From NCBI GenBank assembly GCA_963797465.1, contig CAWCPD010000003.1, positions 135,899 to 199,898 of the forward strand: a stretch of DNA of 64,000 nucleotides, read 5' to 3'. Positions within the stretch are counted from its first letter, which is position 1. Each line of letters opens with the position of its first letter. The DNA comes from an uncultured Actinomycetota bacterium. GTDB taxonomy: Bacteria; Actinomycetota; Thermoleophilia; Gaiellales; Gaiellaceae. The notes beneath the pieces were generated by a model. That model was given only the letters and a program-made list of their open reading frames with translations. It did no database searches and was not told the DNA's origin. The position numbers and the translations under genes were made by a program. Positions 19,843 through 28,965 of the stretch are shown here, piece by piece.

Positions 19843-20784
19843 ATGGCACCCTCCGGGGATACGCTCCGGCCAGTGGCGCTGCTCCGCACCCGCGACCTGG
19901 CCAAGTCGTACGGCTCCGTCCGGGCGCTCGACGGGGTCAGCTTCGAGCTCCGCGAGGGGATCACCGGGCTGCTCGGCTCGAACGGCGCCGGCAAGACGAC
20001 GTCGCTGAAGCTGTTCATGGGCCTGATCGATCCGGACGCCGGGTCGGTGGAGGTGCTCGGCCGCGACACGCGAGCCTCGCCCGAGTTCCGGTCGCGTATC
20101 GGCTACGCGCCCGAGCACGACTGCCTGCCCGAGGGTGTCCCGGCGGCGGAGTTCCTCGCCTACATGGCAGAGGTCAGCGGCCTGCCGCGCTCGGCCGCGC
20201 GTCTCCGCGCCTCGGACGTGCTCCGGCACGTCGGCCTCTTCGAGGAGCGCTACCGGCCGATCGGGACGTACTCGACCGGGATGAAGCAGCGGGTGAAGCT
20301 CGCGCAGGCGCTCGTCCACGATCCCGTACTCGCGTTCCTCGACGAGCCGACCGCCGGCCTCGACCCGATCGGCCGGCGCGAGATGCTCGACCTGATCCGC
20401 CGCGTCGGGCGCGAGTTCGGGATCAGCATCGTGATCTCGACGCACCTGATGGGCGACGTCGAGCGTGTGTGCGACTCGGTGGTCGTGCTCGACCGCGGAA
20501 AGCTGCTGCGCACCGGCGCCGTCTCGGGCTTCACCGAGGAGACCGAGACCGTGGTAGTCGAGGTCGTCGAGGGCGCCGCCGCGCTCGCCGAGGCGCTCCG
20601 GCGGCGCGGCCTCGATGCCCGGCTCGACGGCAACCGCCTGACCCTCGAGGACGTGTCCGGCGAGGGCTACGACACCCTGCGCGACGCGGTCGTGGAGACG
20701 GGCGCACTGCTCTACCGCCTCGCTCCCTCGAGGCACTCGCTCGCCGACGTCTTCTCGCCGCTGCCGGCGGAGACCGCATCGTGA
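19843..20784 (+). CDS. ABC transporter ATP-binding protein
   Basis: Walker A GSNGAGKTT, signature YSTGMKQRV, Walker B LAFLDEPTAGLD. Start taken at ATG 19843. Confidence 0.85.
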   Translation: MAPSGDTLRPVALLRTRDLAKSYGSVRALDGVSFELREGITGLLGSNGAGKTTSLKLFMGLIDPDAGSVEVLGRDTRASPEFRSRIGYAPEHDCLPEGVPAAEFLAYMAEVSGLPRSAARLRASDVLRHVGLFEERYRPIGTYSTGMKQRVKLAQALVHDPVLAFLDEPTAGLDPIGRREMLDLIRRVGREFGISIVISTHLMGDVERVCDSVVVLDRGKLLRTGAVSGFTEETETVVVEVVEGAAALAEALRRRGLDARLDGNRLTLEDVSGEGYDTLRDAVVETGALLYRLAPSRHSLADVFSPLPAETAS

Positions 20785-21678
20785 CGGCAGGGCAGGGCAC
20801 GACGGGCGCGGGCGAGGTCTTCGACCTCGGCTACCGCGGCTACGAGGGCGAGCGCACCGGCCGCTGGGCGCGGCGGCGCGCGATCTGGCGCGACGGCATC
20901 CGCATCTCGCTCGGGCTCGGGCGCGGCCTCGGCGCGAAGATCACGTCCTGGCTGCTGATCGGGTTTGCGCTCGTGCCGATCGTCGTGCTGGTCGTCGTCT
21001 CGGCGTTCCTCAGCCCGATCGAGGAGGCGAACAGCGACTTCGAGCTGCCGTCCTATGCCGACTACTACAACTGGGCGCACGTGCCGCTCGGCCTCTTCGC
21101 GGCCGTGGTGGCGCCGCTGCTCCTCTGCCCCGACCGCCGCGACGGCGTGCTCTCGCTCTACGCGGCGCGGCCGATCACGCCGACCGACTACGTCGGCTCC
21201 CGCTGGGCCGCCTTCCTCACCGTGCTCGGGATCGCTGCCTGGGCGCCGCCCGGCGATCCTCTTCACCTGGAACACGCTCGACGCGAAGAGCCCGGCGTCG
21301 TTCCTCGCCGACAACTGGGACGTGGTGCCGCGCTTCCTCGCCGCGGGCGCGATCGTCGCGCTCACGCTGACGACGCTCGCGCTGTTCGCCGCGTCGTTCG
21401 CGACCCGGCGGGCGTACGCGTCGGTCGCGATCCTCGCCGGCCTCTTCGTCGGCTCCGCGATCGGCGGCATCGCCGAGGACAGCTTCTCGGGCCCGCTCGC
21501 CGACGCGCTCTCGCTCGCGAGCATCCCGGCCGCGCTCATCGGCAGCGTCCACTGGGTCTTCGGCGACCCGATCGACCGGCCGCTGCCCGGCTGGGCGAAC
21601 ACGCTCTGGCTCCTCGGCCTGACGGCCGTGCTCGGGCTCGGCTTGCTGCGCCGGACCGAGCGGCTGGTGCGCGGATGA
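20781..21678 (+). pseudogene. ABC-2 type permease, one frame disruption (~21245-21253)
   Basis: GTGA overlap start. The N-terminal part is in the frame of ORF 20469.., the C-terminal part (AILFTWNTLDAKSPASF...) in the frame of ORF 20965..21678. Multi-span hydrophobic protein. Confidence 0.7.
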
Positions 21679-22609
21679 ACGCTGCCACCGCGGAGCCGAC
21701 GATCGTGGTCGAGGCGCTTTCGAAGTGGTTCGCGGGCGTGGTCGCGGTCAGCGACGTCTCGCTCGTCGTCGAGCCGGGCGTGACGGCGCTGCTCGGCCCG
21801 AACGGCGCCGGCAAGACAACGCTGCTGCGCGCGATCGCCGGCCTGACCGCGCCGTCGCAGGGCTACGTCACCGTCTTCGGCGAGCCCGTCCGCGGCAATC
21901 CGCCGCTCTACGGGCGAATGGGGTACATGCCCGAGCACGAGTCGGTCTACGACTTGCTGACCGGGCCGGCAGTTCGTCGAGCTGAACGCGCGCCTGCAGG
22001 GCGTCGGCGACCTCGACGGCGCCGTCCGGCGCGCCGATCGACACGGTCGACCTCGCGGATGCGCAGGATCGCAAGCTGGGCGAGTACTCGCGCGGGATGC
22101 GCCAGCGGATGCGCCTCGCCGCGATCCTCGTGCACGACCCGCCGCTGCTGATGCTCGACGAGCCGCTCTCGGGCACCGACCCGGCGCAGCGCCTGCACCT
22201 GCGCGACGTGATCCGGCGCCTCGGAGAGGAGGGCCGGACGATCCTCGTCTCCTCGCACATCCTCGAGGAGGTCGACGAGCTGGCCGACCGCATCCACCTG
22301 CTCGTGAGCGGCAAGCTCGCCGCGAGCGGCGACTACCGCGCGATCCGCCAGCAGCTGAACGACCGGCCCTTCTACGTTCGCATCGACTCGACGAGCCCGC
22401 GCGTGCTCGCCGCCGGCCTGCTCGAGATCGAGGCGGTGGAGTCGGTCGAGATCGACCTGGACGGCCGCCTGCGCGTGCGCAGCCGCGACGTGCCGTCGCT
22501 CCAGCGCGCATTGCCCGTGATCGCGCAGCGTCTCGACGTCCGGCTCACGCGCGTCGAGCCGCTCGACGACTCGCTCGAGAGCGTCTTCGAGTACCTGGCA
22601 AGCCGCTAG
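21675..22609 (+). pseudogene. ABC transporter ATP-binding protein, two frame disruptions (~21965, ~22033)
   Basis: ATGA overlap start. Walker A GPNGAGKTT in frame 1, RQFVELNARLQGVGDL in frame 2, YSRGMRQRM...LLMLDEPLSG in frame 3. Confidence 0.75.
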
Positions 22610-23328
22610 ATGGCGGCGATCTTCACGCTCACGGTGCGCCAGCTCGCGGGCAGCCGCCGCGTGTGGCTCGTGCTCGGGCTCGTCGCGCTGCCGCTGCTCG
22701 CAGGCCTGCTCTTCCAGCGTCGCCGACAGCACGACGACGAGCGCGGAGTTCGCCGACCGACATCACTTCGCGGCTCGTCGGCTCGGGGATCCTGCCGCTC
22801 GTGATGCTGCTGTTCGGCACGTCGGCGTTCGGCAACGAGGTCGGCGACCGCACGCTCGTCTACCTGGCGATGAAGCCGCTGGCCCGCTGGCGGCTCGTCG
22901 CGCCGAAGCTGCTCGCGACGGTGGTCGTCGGCGGCGTGCCGGTCGCCCTCAGCGGGCTCGCGGCGGTGGCGGTGATCGAGGGCGGCGACCTCGGCGGCGC
23001 GATCGCCACGGGCGTCGGCCTGCTCGTCGGCGCCACGGCCTACGCCGCGGTCTTCACCTGGGCCGGGCTCGCGACGCGGCACGCGCTCGTCTTCGGCCTC
23101 GTCTACGTGTTCATCTGGGAGGCGGCGCTCGCCGCGTACCTCGACGGCATCCGCTTCCTGAGCATCCGCCGCTACACGCTCGCCCTGATCGACGGCCTCG
23201 ACTCGGGGAGGCTCGCGAGTGTCGACGTCTCACTGGGCGTGGGCGCCGGAGCGGTCGGCGCGGCGATCGTGATCGCAGGCTTCTCGCTGCTCGCGGTGCG
23301 GAAGCTCGTGCGTATGGACGTGCCCTGA
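22610..23328 (+). pseudogene. ABC-2 type permease, frame disrupted near 22716-22760
   Basis: MAAIFTLTVRQLAGSRRVWLVLGLVALPLLAGLLFQ, then a shift to ITSRLVGSGILPLVMLLFG... (ORF 22663..23328). Confidence 0.65.
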
Positions 23329-23333
23329 GGGCT

Positions 23334-23891
23334 TCAGTACGGGAGCGCGCCGTCCGGATATCGCGTCGGCTCGGGTTTCGGGAAGCGGGCGTAGGCGACG
23401 GCCGGGTCGCTCGTCTCCTCCTCGACGCCTGCCCCGTGGCGGAGCGCGGTCTCGTCGAAGGTGTAGCCGCCCCAGTCGCCAGCCTGATGCTCGCGCGTAC
23501 CGACCGCGAGGATGGTGCACGGGCCGTCGCCGGCTCCGACGATCATGTGATTCGTTCCGGGAGGACAGTGGACGAAGTCCCATTGCCGCAGCGGTCGCTC
23601 CTGGCCCTCGACGAGCAGGAGCGCCTCGCCGGCGAGCACGAGGAAGTCCTCCTGGCCGGCCTCCCAGTGATACATCCCGATCGGCTCGCCCGGCTCGAGG
23701 ACGATCAGGCCGACCCCGAGGTGCGGGAACAGCGCAGCGCGCTCGTCGGCCGTCCAGCCGGTGAACGGCAGGCTGTGGCCGCGTCCCGGCCGGTGGACCC
23801 AGCGCGCCTCGCGTGCGCCGAGCACGAACCAGCCGGGACCGCCGGGGACGAGCCCCGTGTCGGTCTGCTCGAGCGGCGCCTCGGGGACCAT
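23334..23891 (-). CDS. cupin-domain protein
   Basis: 185 aa. GMYHWEAGQEDFLVLAGEALLLVEGQERPLRQWDFVHCPPGTNH is a cupin two-motif pattern. Confidence 0.7.
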   Translation of the reverse strand: MVPEAPLEQTDTGLVPGGPGWFVLGAREARWVHRPGRGHSLPFTGWTADERAALFPHLGVGLIVLEPGEPIGMYHWEAGQEDFLVLAGEALLLVEGQERPLRQWDFVHCPPGTNHMIVGAGDGPCTILAVGTREHQAGDWGGYTFDETALRHGAGVEEETSDPAVAYARFPKPEPTRYPDGALPY

Positions 23892-24147
23892 GGCCGGATT
23901 CTAGGAGCACGCACTGGCCTGCGAGCTCGCGCCCGGTTAGACTCGGAGGCTCCGATCGTCGACGCGGGAGGTCGCAGTTGGAGCTGAGTCCACCGGACAA
24001 CGTGAGCGGGCGGGACGTGACTCCCGCCAGCCGGTCGGATGAGCAACTCGAGGCCTCGTCCGGCCGGTCTCGCACCACTGAACGCGCTCGCCTGGCTCCT
24101 CCCTGTTCTCGGCGCTAGGCGCGGAACACGGAACCGGGCTCGAGCGC

Positions 24148-24191
24148 GGTGAAAGCAACGAGAGGGGTGCGTCCGAAGGCGCACCCCTCTC
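24148..24191 (-). terminator. intrinsic terminator-like hairpin downstream of lysA
   Basis: Perfect 12-bp stem GAGAGGGGTGCG / CGCACCCCTCTC (24160-24171 / 24180-24191), 8-nt loop. On the minus strand it is followed by GUUGCUUUCACC. Confidence 0.6.
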
Positions 24192-24345
24192 GCGTTCATG
24201 TTCGAGCGCAGGGCGACCGTCGCGGTGAGGGAAGTCGCATGCGCGACGAGCCGGGAATGTCCTTCTTCGTCCGTGGACGACACGCCCGAAGCGAAACTTG
24301 CCGAGTGGTCACCCCTCGGCTGCGCCAGCGTGAACTGAACCTGGC

Positions 24346-25593
24346 TTACATCTCGAGTGCGAGCAGGTCGTCAATGCTCTCACGGCGTCTGATCGAGCGC
24401 GCCTCGCCGTCCCGCACCAGCATCGCGGCCGGCCGCGGAACCGCGTTGTAGTTCGAGCTCATGGCGAGCGTGTAGCCGCCCGTCGCCGGGACGGCGAGGA
24501 TGTCGCCGCGGCGCGGCTCGGGGAGGTCGACGCGCTCGATCAGGAGGTCGCCCGACTCGCAGTGCTTGCCGGCGACGGCGTAGGTGCCCGCCGGGTCCTC
24601 GCCGGCGCGGTTTGCAACTAGCGCCGTGTAGCGGGCGCCGTAGAGGGCGGGGCGCGGGTTGTCGGAGATGCCGCCGTCGACGGAGACGTACGTGGTCGAA
24701 GCGGACGCGCGCTTGACCGTGCCGACGGTGTAGAGCGTGACGCCCGCGCGGGCGACGAGCGAGCGGCCCGGTTCGAGGATCACCTGAGGGCGGGGGAGGC
24801 CGTGCAGCTCGAACGTGCGCTCGAGCTCGTCGAGCAGCGCGCGGACGAACTCCTCGATCCCGAGCTGCGGATCCTCGGGCGAGGACGCCACGCCGAGCCC
24901 GCCTCCGAGGTCGATGGTGCGCGGCTCCCAGCCGGTCTCGGCGCGGGCGCGGGCGGCGAAGGTCGCGAGCCAGTCGACGGCCATCAGCGCGGCGCCGGTG
25001 TCGAAGAGCTGCGAGCCGACGTGGGCGTGGAGGCCCTCGGTCTCGGGCGCGCGGCGGATCGCCTCGAGCGCGTCGTCGGGGGGGAGGCCGAACTTCGAGC
25101 CGTGGTGGCCGGTGCGGATGTGCTCGTGCGTGTCGGCCTCGACGCCGGGCGTGACGCGGATCAGCGTGCGCGGCGCGTCGGCCGAGCGGGCGCGGTCGAT
25201 CTCCTCGAGGGAGTCGAGCACGACGAGCGCGCCGGCGTCGGCGGCGGCCCGGAGCTCTTCGTCGGACTTGTTGTTGCCATGGACGACGAGGCGGTCGCCC
25301 GCGAGGCCGGCCTGCTGGGCGAAGCGGAGCTCGCCGAGTGTCGAGACGTCGGCGCCGATCCCCTCCTCGCCGAGTAGGCGGAGCAGCGCGACGTTCGGGA
25401 ACGCCTTCGTTCCGTAGGCGATGAACGCCTCGGGCGCGGCGTCGCGGTAGGCACGTGCGCTCGCGCGGAGGGTCGCCTCGTCGTAGACGACGAGCGGGCT
25501 TCCGTGCGCCGCCACGAGGTCCGCGGCTGCGATCCCGCCGAGCACGAGCCCGCCGCTGTCGATCCGTGCCGTGTCGGGGAAGAGCTCGAGCAC
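24346..25593 (-). CDS. lysA: diaminopimelate decarboxylase
   Basis: PLP-fold motifs (AYGTKAFPN, VVHGNNKS, HVGSQ, CESGD). Start set at the in-frame GTG at 25593 (VLELFPDTARI). The longer ORF runs into the repeat region. Confidence 0.88.
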   Translation of the reverse strand: MLELFPDTARIDSGGLVLGGIAAADLVAAHGSPLVVYDEATLRASARAYRDAAPEAFIAYGTKAFPNVALLRLLGEEGIGADVSTLGELRFAQQAGLAGDRLVVHGNNKSDEELRAAADAGALVVLDSLEEIDRARSADAPRTLIRVTPGVEADTHEHIRTGHHGSKFGLPPDDALEAIRRAPETEGLHAHVGSQLFDTGAALMAVDWLATFAARARAETGWEPRTIDLGGGLGVASSPEDPQLGIEEFVRALLDELERTFELHGLPRPQVILEPGRSLVARAGVTLYTVGTVKRASASTTYVSVDGGISDNPRPALYGARYTALVANRAGEDPAGTYAVAGKHCESGDLLIERVDLPEPRRGDILAVPATGGYTLAMSSNYNAVPRPAAMLVRDGEARSIRRRESIDDLLALEM

Positions 25594-25606
25594 ACGGCGA
25601 TTCTGC

Positions 25607-25924
25607 CTGTGGACGAGAAGACACGATCTTGGCGCGGTTTCGTGACGGACACGTTGCAGTTTCGGCGGTAGGCTCGATCGCATTGGGGCGGGAGGTGGGT
25701 TACCCGAACTGCAGCCAGCCTTTCGCCGGTCAGCGCCGCGGCGCCGAGGCGGGAAGCTGTGGGCGAATCGGCAACTGCAGCCAGCCTTTCGCCGGTCAGC
25801 GCCGCGGCGCCGAGGCAGGTGGCTGTGGGCGAATCGGCGCACATCCGACACGCTTCTGTCACAGACACGTAACGATTTCGGCGGTACGCTCGACCGCATC
25901 GGGGTGGGAGGTGGGTACCCGAAC
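25607..25924. repeat. composite repeat: two ~103-nt X copies flanking a 66-bp x2 tandem repeat
   Basis: X1 25607-25709 and X3 25823-25924 (both CTGTGG...GGGAGGTGGGT(T)ACCCGAAC). Tandem units 25710-25775 and 25776-25841 (TGCAGCCAGCCTTTCGCCGGTCAGCGCCGCGGCGCCGAGGC...), differing at only a few positions. Confidence 0.9.
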
Positions 25925-26090
25925 AACAGCCCGCTCGGAGGCTTCAAGCGCCAGTCCGGGACACGGCGCAAACCGGCGGTCCCGCCCGCTGACAGCGGCG
26001 TCCGACGCCGCTACACTCCCCGGCCAGTGAACCTGCTCCTTCCGTAAGCGAGGAAGCGACCGCGGCCGCCCGCCGCGCCAGCTTCCCACG

Positions 26091-26120
26091 GCCTCTCGCA
26101 CGAGAGGCTTTTCTGTCTCT
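26091..26120 (+). promoter_or_regulatory. terminator/attenuator-like hairpin plus U-run 13 nt before the leuS ATG
   Basis: GCCTCTCG-CA-CGAGAGGC (26091-26108) followed by TTTTCTGTCTCT. There is no Shine-Dalgarno between it and ATG 26133. Confidence 0.5.
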
Positions 26121-26132
26121 AGGCCCCGAAAC

Positions 26133-28569
26133 ATGGACGCATACGACCCTCACGCAATCGAGCGCAAGTGGCAGCAGGTCTGGGACGAGGCCGGCGCCTT
26201 CATGACCCCGAATCCGGCCGATGCGGCCGCCGCCGAACAAGACAAGGCGTACGTGCTCGAGATGCTGCCGTATCCCTCGGGCGAGCTCCACATGGGCCAC
26301 GTCCTGAACTACACGCTCGGCGACGTCGTCTCGCACGTGCGCCGGCGGCGCGGCTTCTCGGTCCTGCGGCCGATGGGCTACGACGCCTTCGGCCTCCCCG
26401 CCGAGAACGCCGCGATCCGCGAGGGCGGCCATCCGCGCGAGGTGACCGAGCGCAACATCGAGGCGATCCGCGGCCAGATCAAGCGCATGGGCTGGTCGAT
26501 CGACTGGACGCGCGAGGTCTCGACGCACGATCCGGACTACTACCGCTGGACGCAGTGGCTCTTCCTCAAGCTCCACGAGGCCGGGCTCGCCTACCGCAAG
26601 GCCGCGCCGGTCAAGTGGTGCCCGAACGACCAGACCGTGCTCGCGAACGAGCAGGTGATCGACGGCCACTGCGAGCGGTGCGGCGCGGAGGTCGAGGCGC
26701 GCAACCTCGAGCAGTGGATGTTCAAGATCACCGACTACGCCGACCGCCTGCTCGACGACATGGCGATGCTCGAGTCCTGGCCGGACCGCGTGCTCACGAT
26801 GCAGCGCAACTGGATCGGCCGCTCCGAGGGCGGCGAGATCCTCTTCCGGATCGAGGAGCTGGACGAGGACGTGCCGGTGTTCACGACCCGGCCCGACACG
26901 CTGTTCGGCGCCACCTTCTTCGTGCTCGCGCCGGAGCATCCGCTGGTCGAGCGCTTCGCCGAGCGCGCCGAGAACGGCGACGAGATCCGCGCCTACGCGC
27001 GCCACGCGGCGGCCGAGAAGAGCGAGGAGCGCCTCGGGCGCGAGCAGAAGACGGGCGTCTTCACGGGCCTTACGCCGTCAACCCGGTGAACGACGCGCGG
27101 ATCCCGATCTGGGTCGCCGACTACGTGCTGATGGACTACGGCACCGGCGCGATCATGGCCGTGCCCGCGCACGACGAGCGGGACTTCGCCTTCGCCGAGA
27201 CGTTCGGACTCCCGATCGTGCACGTCGTCGTGCCCGCGGACGGCATGCCAGACGAATCCGTCGCTTACGTCGAGCACTCCGAGAACGAGGTGCTGGTCAA
27301 CTCGGGCGAGTTCACCGGCATGCCGGCCACCGAGGCGAAGCGCGCGATCGTCGACGTCGCTCGCCGCGCGCGGCCTCGGCAAGCCCGCGATCAACTACCG
27401 CCTGCGCGACTGGCTGCTCTCCCGCCAGCGCTACTGGGGCTGCCCGATCCCGATGATCCACTGCGAGCGCTGCGGGATCGTCCCCGTGCCCGAGGACGAG
27501 CTGCCGGTCCTGCTGCCCGAGGTCGACGACTTCCTGCCGAAGGGCCGCTCGCCGCTCGCGGCCGCGGAGGACTGGGTCAACGTCTCGTGCCCGTCGTGCG
27601 GCGGCGAGGCGCGCCGCGAGACCGACACGATGGACACCTTCGTCGACTCGTCCTGGTACTTCCTGCGCTACACCGATCCGCACAACGACGCAGGCGCCGT
27701 TCGATCGCGGGATGGTCGACTACTGGCTGCCGGTCAACCAGTACATCGGCGGGATCGAGCACGCGATCCTGCACCTGATGTACGCGCGCTTCTTCACGAA
27801 GGCGCTGTACGACCTCGGCATCATCGGCTTCCAGGAGCCGTTCGCGCGACTGTTCAACCAGGGGATGATCTACCGCTTCGGCGCGAAGATGTCGAAGTCG
27901 AAGGGGAACATCGTCGCGCCCGACGAGCTGCTCGAGCAGTACGGCGCCGACGCGCTGCGCCTCTACATCCTCTTCATGGGCCCGGCCGACCAGGACAAGG
28001 AGTGGCAGGACACGGGCGTCGAGGGCACGTCCCGCTTCCTGCACCGGCTCTGGCGTGTCGTCAGCGAGGAGCTCGAGCGCGAGCCGACCGGCGTCACGAC
28101 CGGCACGCCGCTCGCGCGCAAGGCGCACGAGACGATCGCGAAGGTGACCGACGACATCGAGCGCCGGTTCGTCTTCAACACGCCGGTCGCGGCGGTGATG
28201 GAGCTCGTGAACGAGCTGTCGAAGGCGCCCGACGACCCGGCGTCGCGGTTCGCGGCCGAGACGGCGGTGTCGCTGATCCAGCCGTACGCGCCGCACGTCG
28301 CCGAGGAGCTGTGGTCGGCGCTCGGCCACTCGCGCCTGTGGGCCGAGCCGTGGCCGGTCGCCGACGAGTCGCAGCTCGAGCGCGACGAGATCGAGCTCGT
28401 CGTGCAGGTGAACGGCAAGGTCCGCGACCGGATCCGGGCGGCCGCCGGCCTGCCCGAGGAGGAGCTGATCGCGGTCGCGAAGGCCTCCGAGAAGGTGCAG
28501 GCGCACCTCAACGGGCGCGAGCCGCGCGCCTTCGTCGTGCCGGACAAGCTCGTCAACTTCGTCGTCTAG
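26133..28569 (+). pseudogene. leuS: leucine--tRNA ligase, three frame disruptions (~27069, ~27357, ~27690)
   Basis: [58 protein letters not shown] and KMSKSKGN motifs lie in four successive ORF-track frames (26133.., 26168.., 27453.., 27712..28569). Confidence 0.9.
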
Positions 28570-28571
28570 CC

Positions 28572-28737
28572 GATGATCGATTCCGAAGTCACGTGCCGGC
28601 GGGGAGGGCATGCACCAAGCAGCGGGGTCGACTCGTCGGGTGCCAAGGCTGGACGCCTTCGTGCCGGACGAGGCGGGCGCGATGCGCCGCGTGCAGGGCC
28701 CCCATCCGGGAGTGCGATGACGTTGGAATCGATCATC
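28572..28737. repeat. 166-bp element bounded by perfect 13-bp inverted repeats
   Basis: GATGATCGATTCC (28572-28584) and GGAATCGATCATC (28725-28737). The arms are AT-richer than the surroundings. Begins 3 nt after the leuS stop. Confidence 0.8.
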
Positions 28738-28921
28738 TAGGCGCGCGGCCGTCGGGTCGCTCGACCGGCGCCCCCGTGAGACACGTTCCGCCGCGGCCGA
28801 AGTCCAGGACGAGGGAACGCGAGGCGGTGGGCACACGGGCGCAGACGCGCCTGGCCGGTCGGGCGCGAGCGAGACGTCGACCGTCCGGGGTGGGCGCTGA
28901 GCCGGTGGACCTGCTGTGGAT

Positions 28922-28965
28922 GAATCGTCACGCTCTCGGCACGCCTCCGTCACAGACACGTCACA
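28922..28965 (+). repeat. array of 11-bp-phased hexamers (copy C)
   Basis: GTCACG@28927, GGCACG@28938, GTCACA@28949, GTCACA@28960. Ends 23 nt before the comEA ATG. Confidence 0.85.

Noticed and set aside
24040-24100. GGTCTCGCACCACTG / GAGACCGGCC segments reminiscent of cobalamin-riboswitch B12-box elements.
   Set aside because: The remaining conserved core (GGGAA..CCGGTG..AATCCGG) is absent on either strand, and there is no suitably placed downstream gene on the plus strand.
24320-24345. GAACCTGGCTTAC resembling the conserved 3' end (ACAGAACCCGGCUUA) of RNase P RNA.
   Set aside because: No GAGGAAAGUCCGG-type P4 partner and no other RNase P core element on the same strand within 450 nt.
25710-25841. 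Tandem 66-bp repeats considered as a possible CRISPR array.
   Set aside because: There are only two directly abutting units, with no unique spacers and no cas genes. They are part of a larger duplicated intergenic element.
25900-25924. GGGAGGTGGGTACCCGAAC resembling the T-box core (GGTGGTACCGCG) upstream of leuS.
   Set aside because: It is present in both X repeat copies, about 200 nt from the terminator-like hairpin. It has no recognisable specifier loop or antiterminator pairing. The resemblance is short and probably fortuitous.
26020-26070. CTTCC-GTAAGCGA-GGAAGCGACC, checked as a possible SRP RNA domain IV.
   Set aside because: It lacks the invariant GGUCCGGAAGGAAGCAGCC-type sequence and the symmetric/asymmetric loop pattern.
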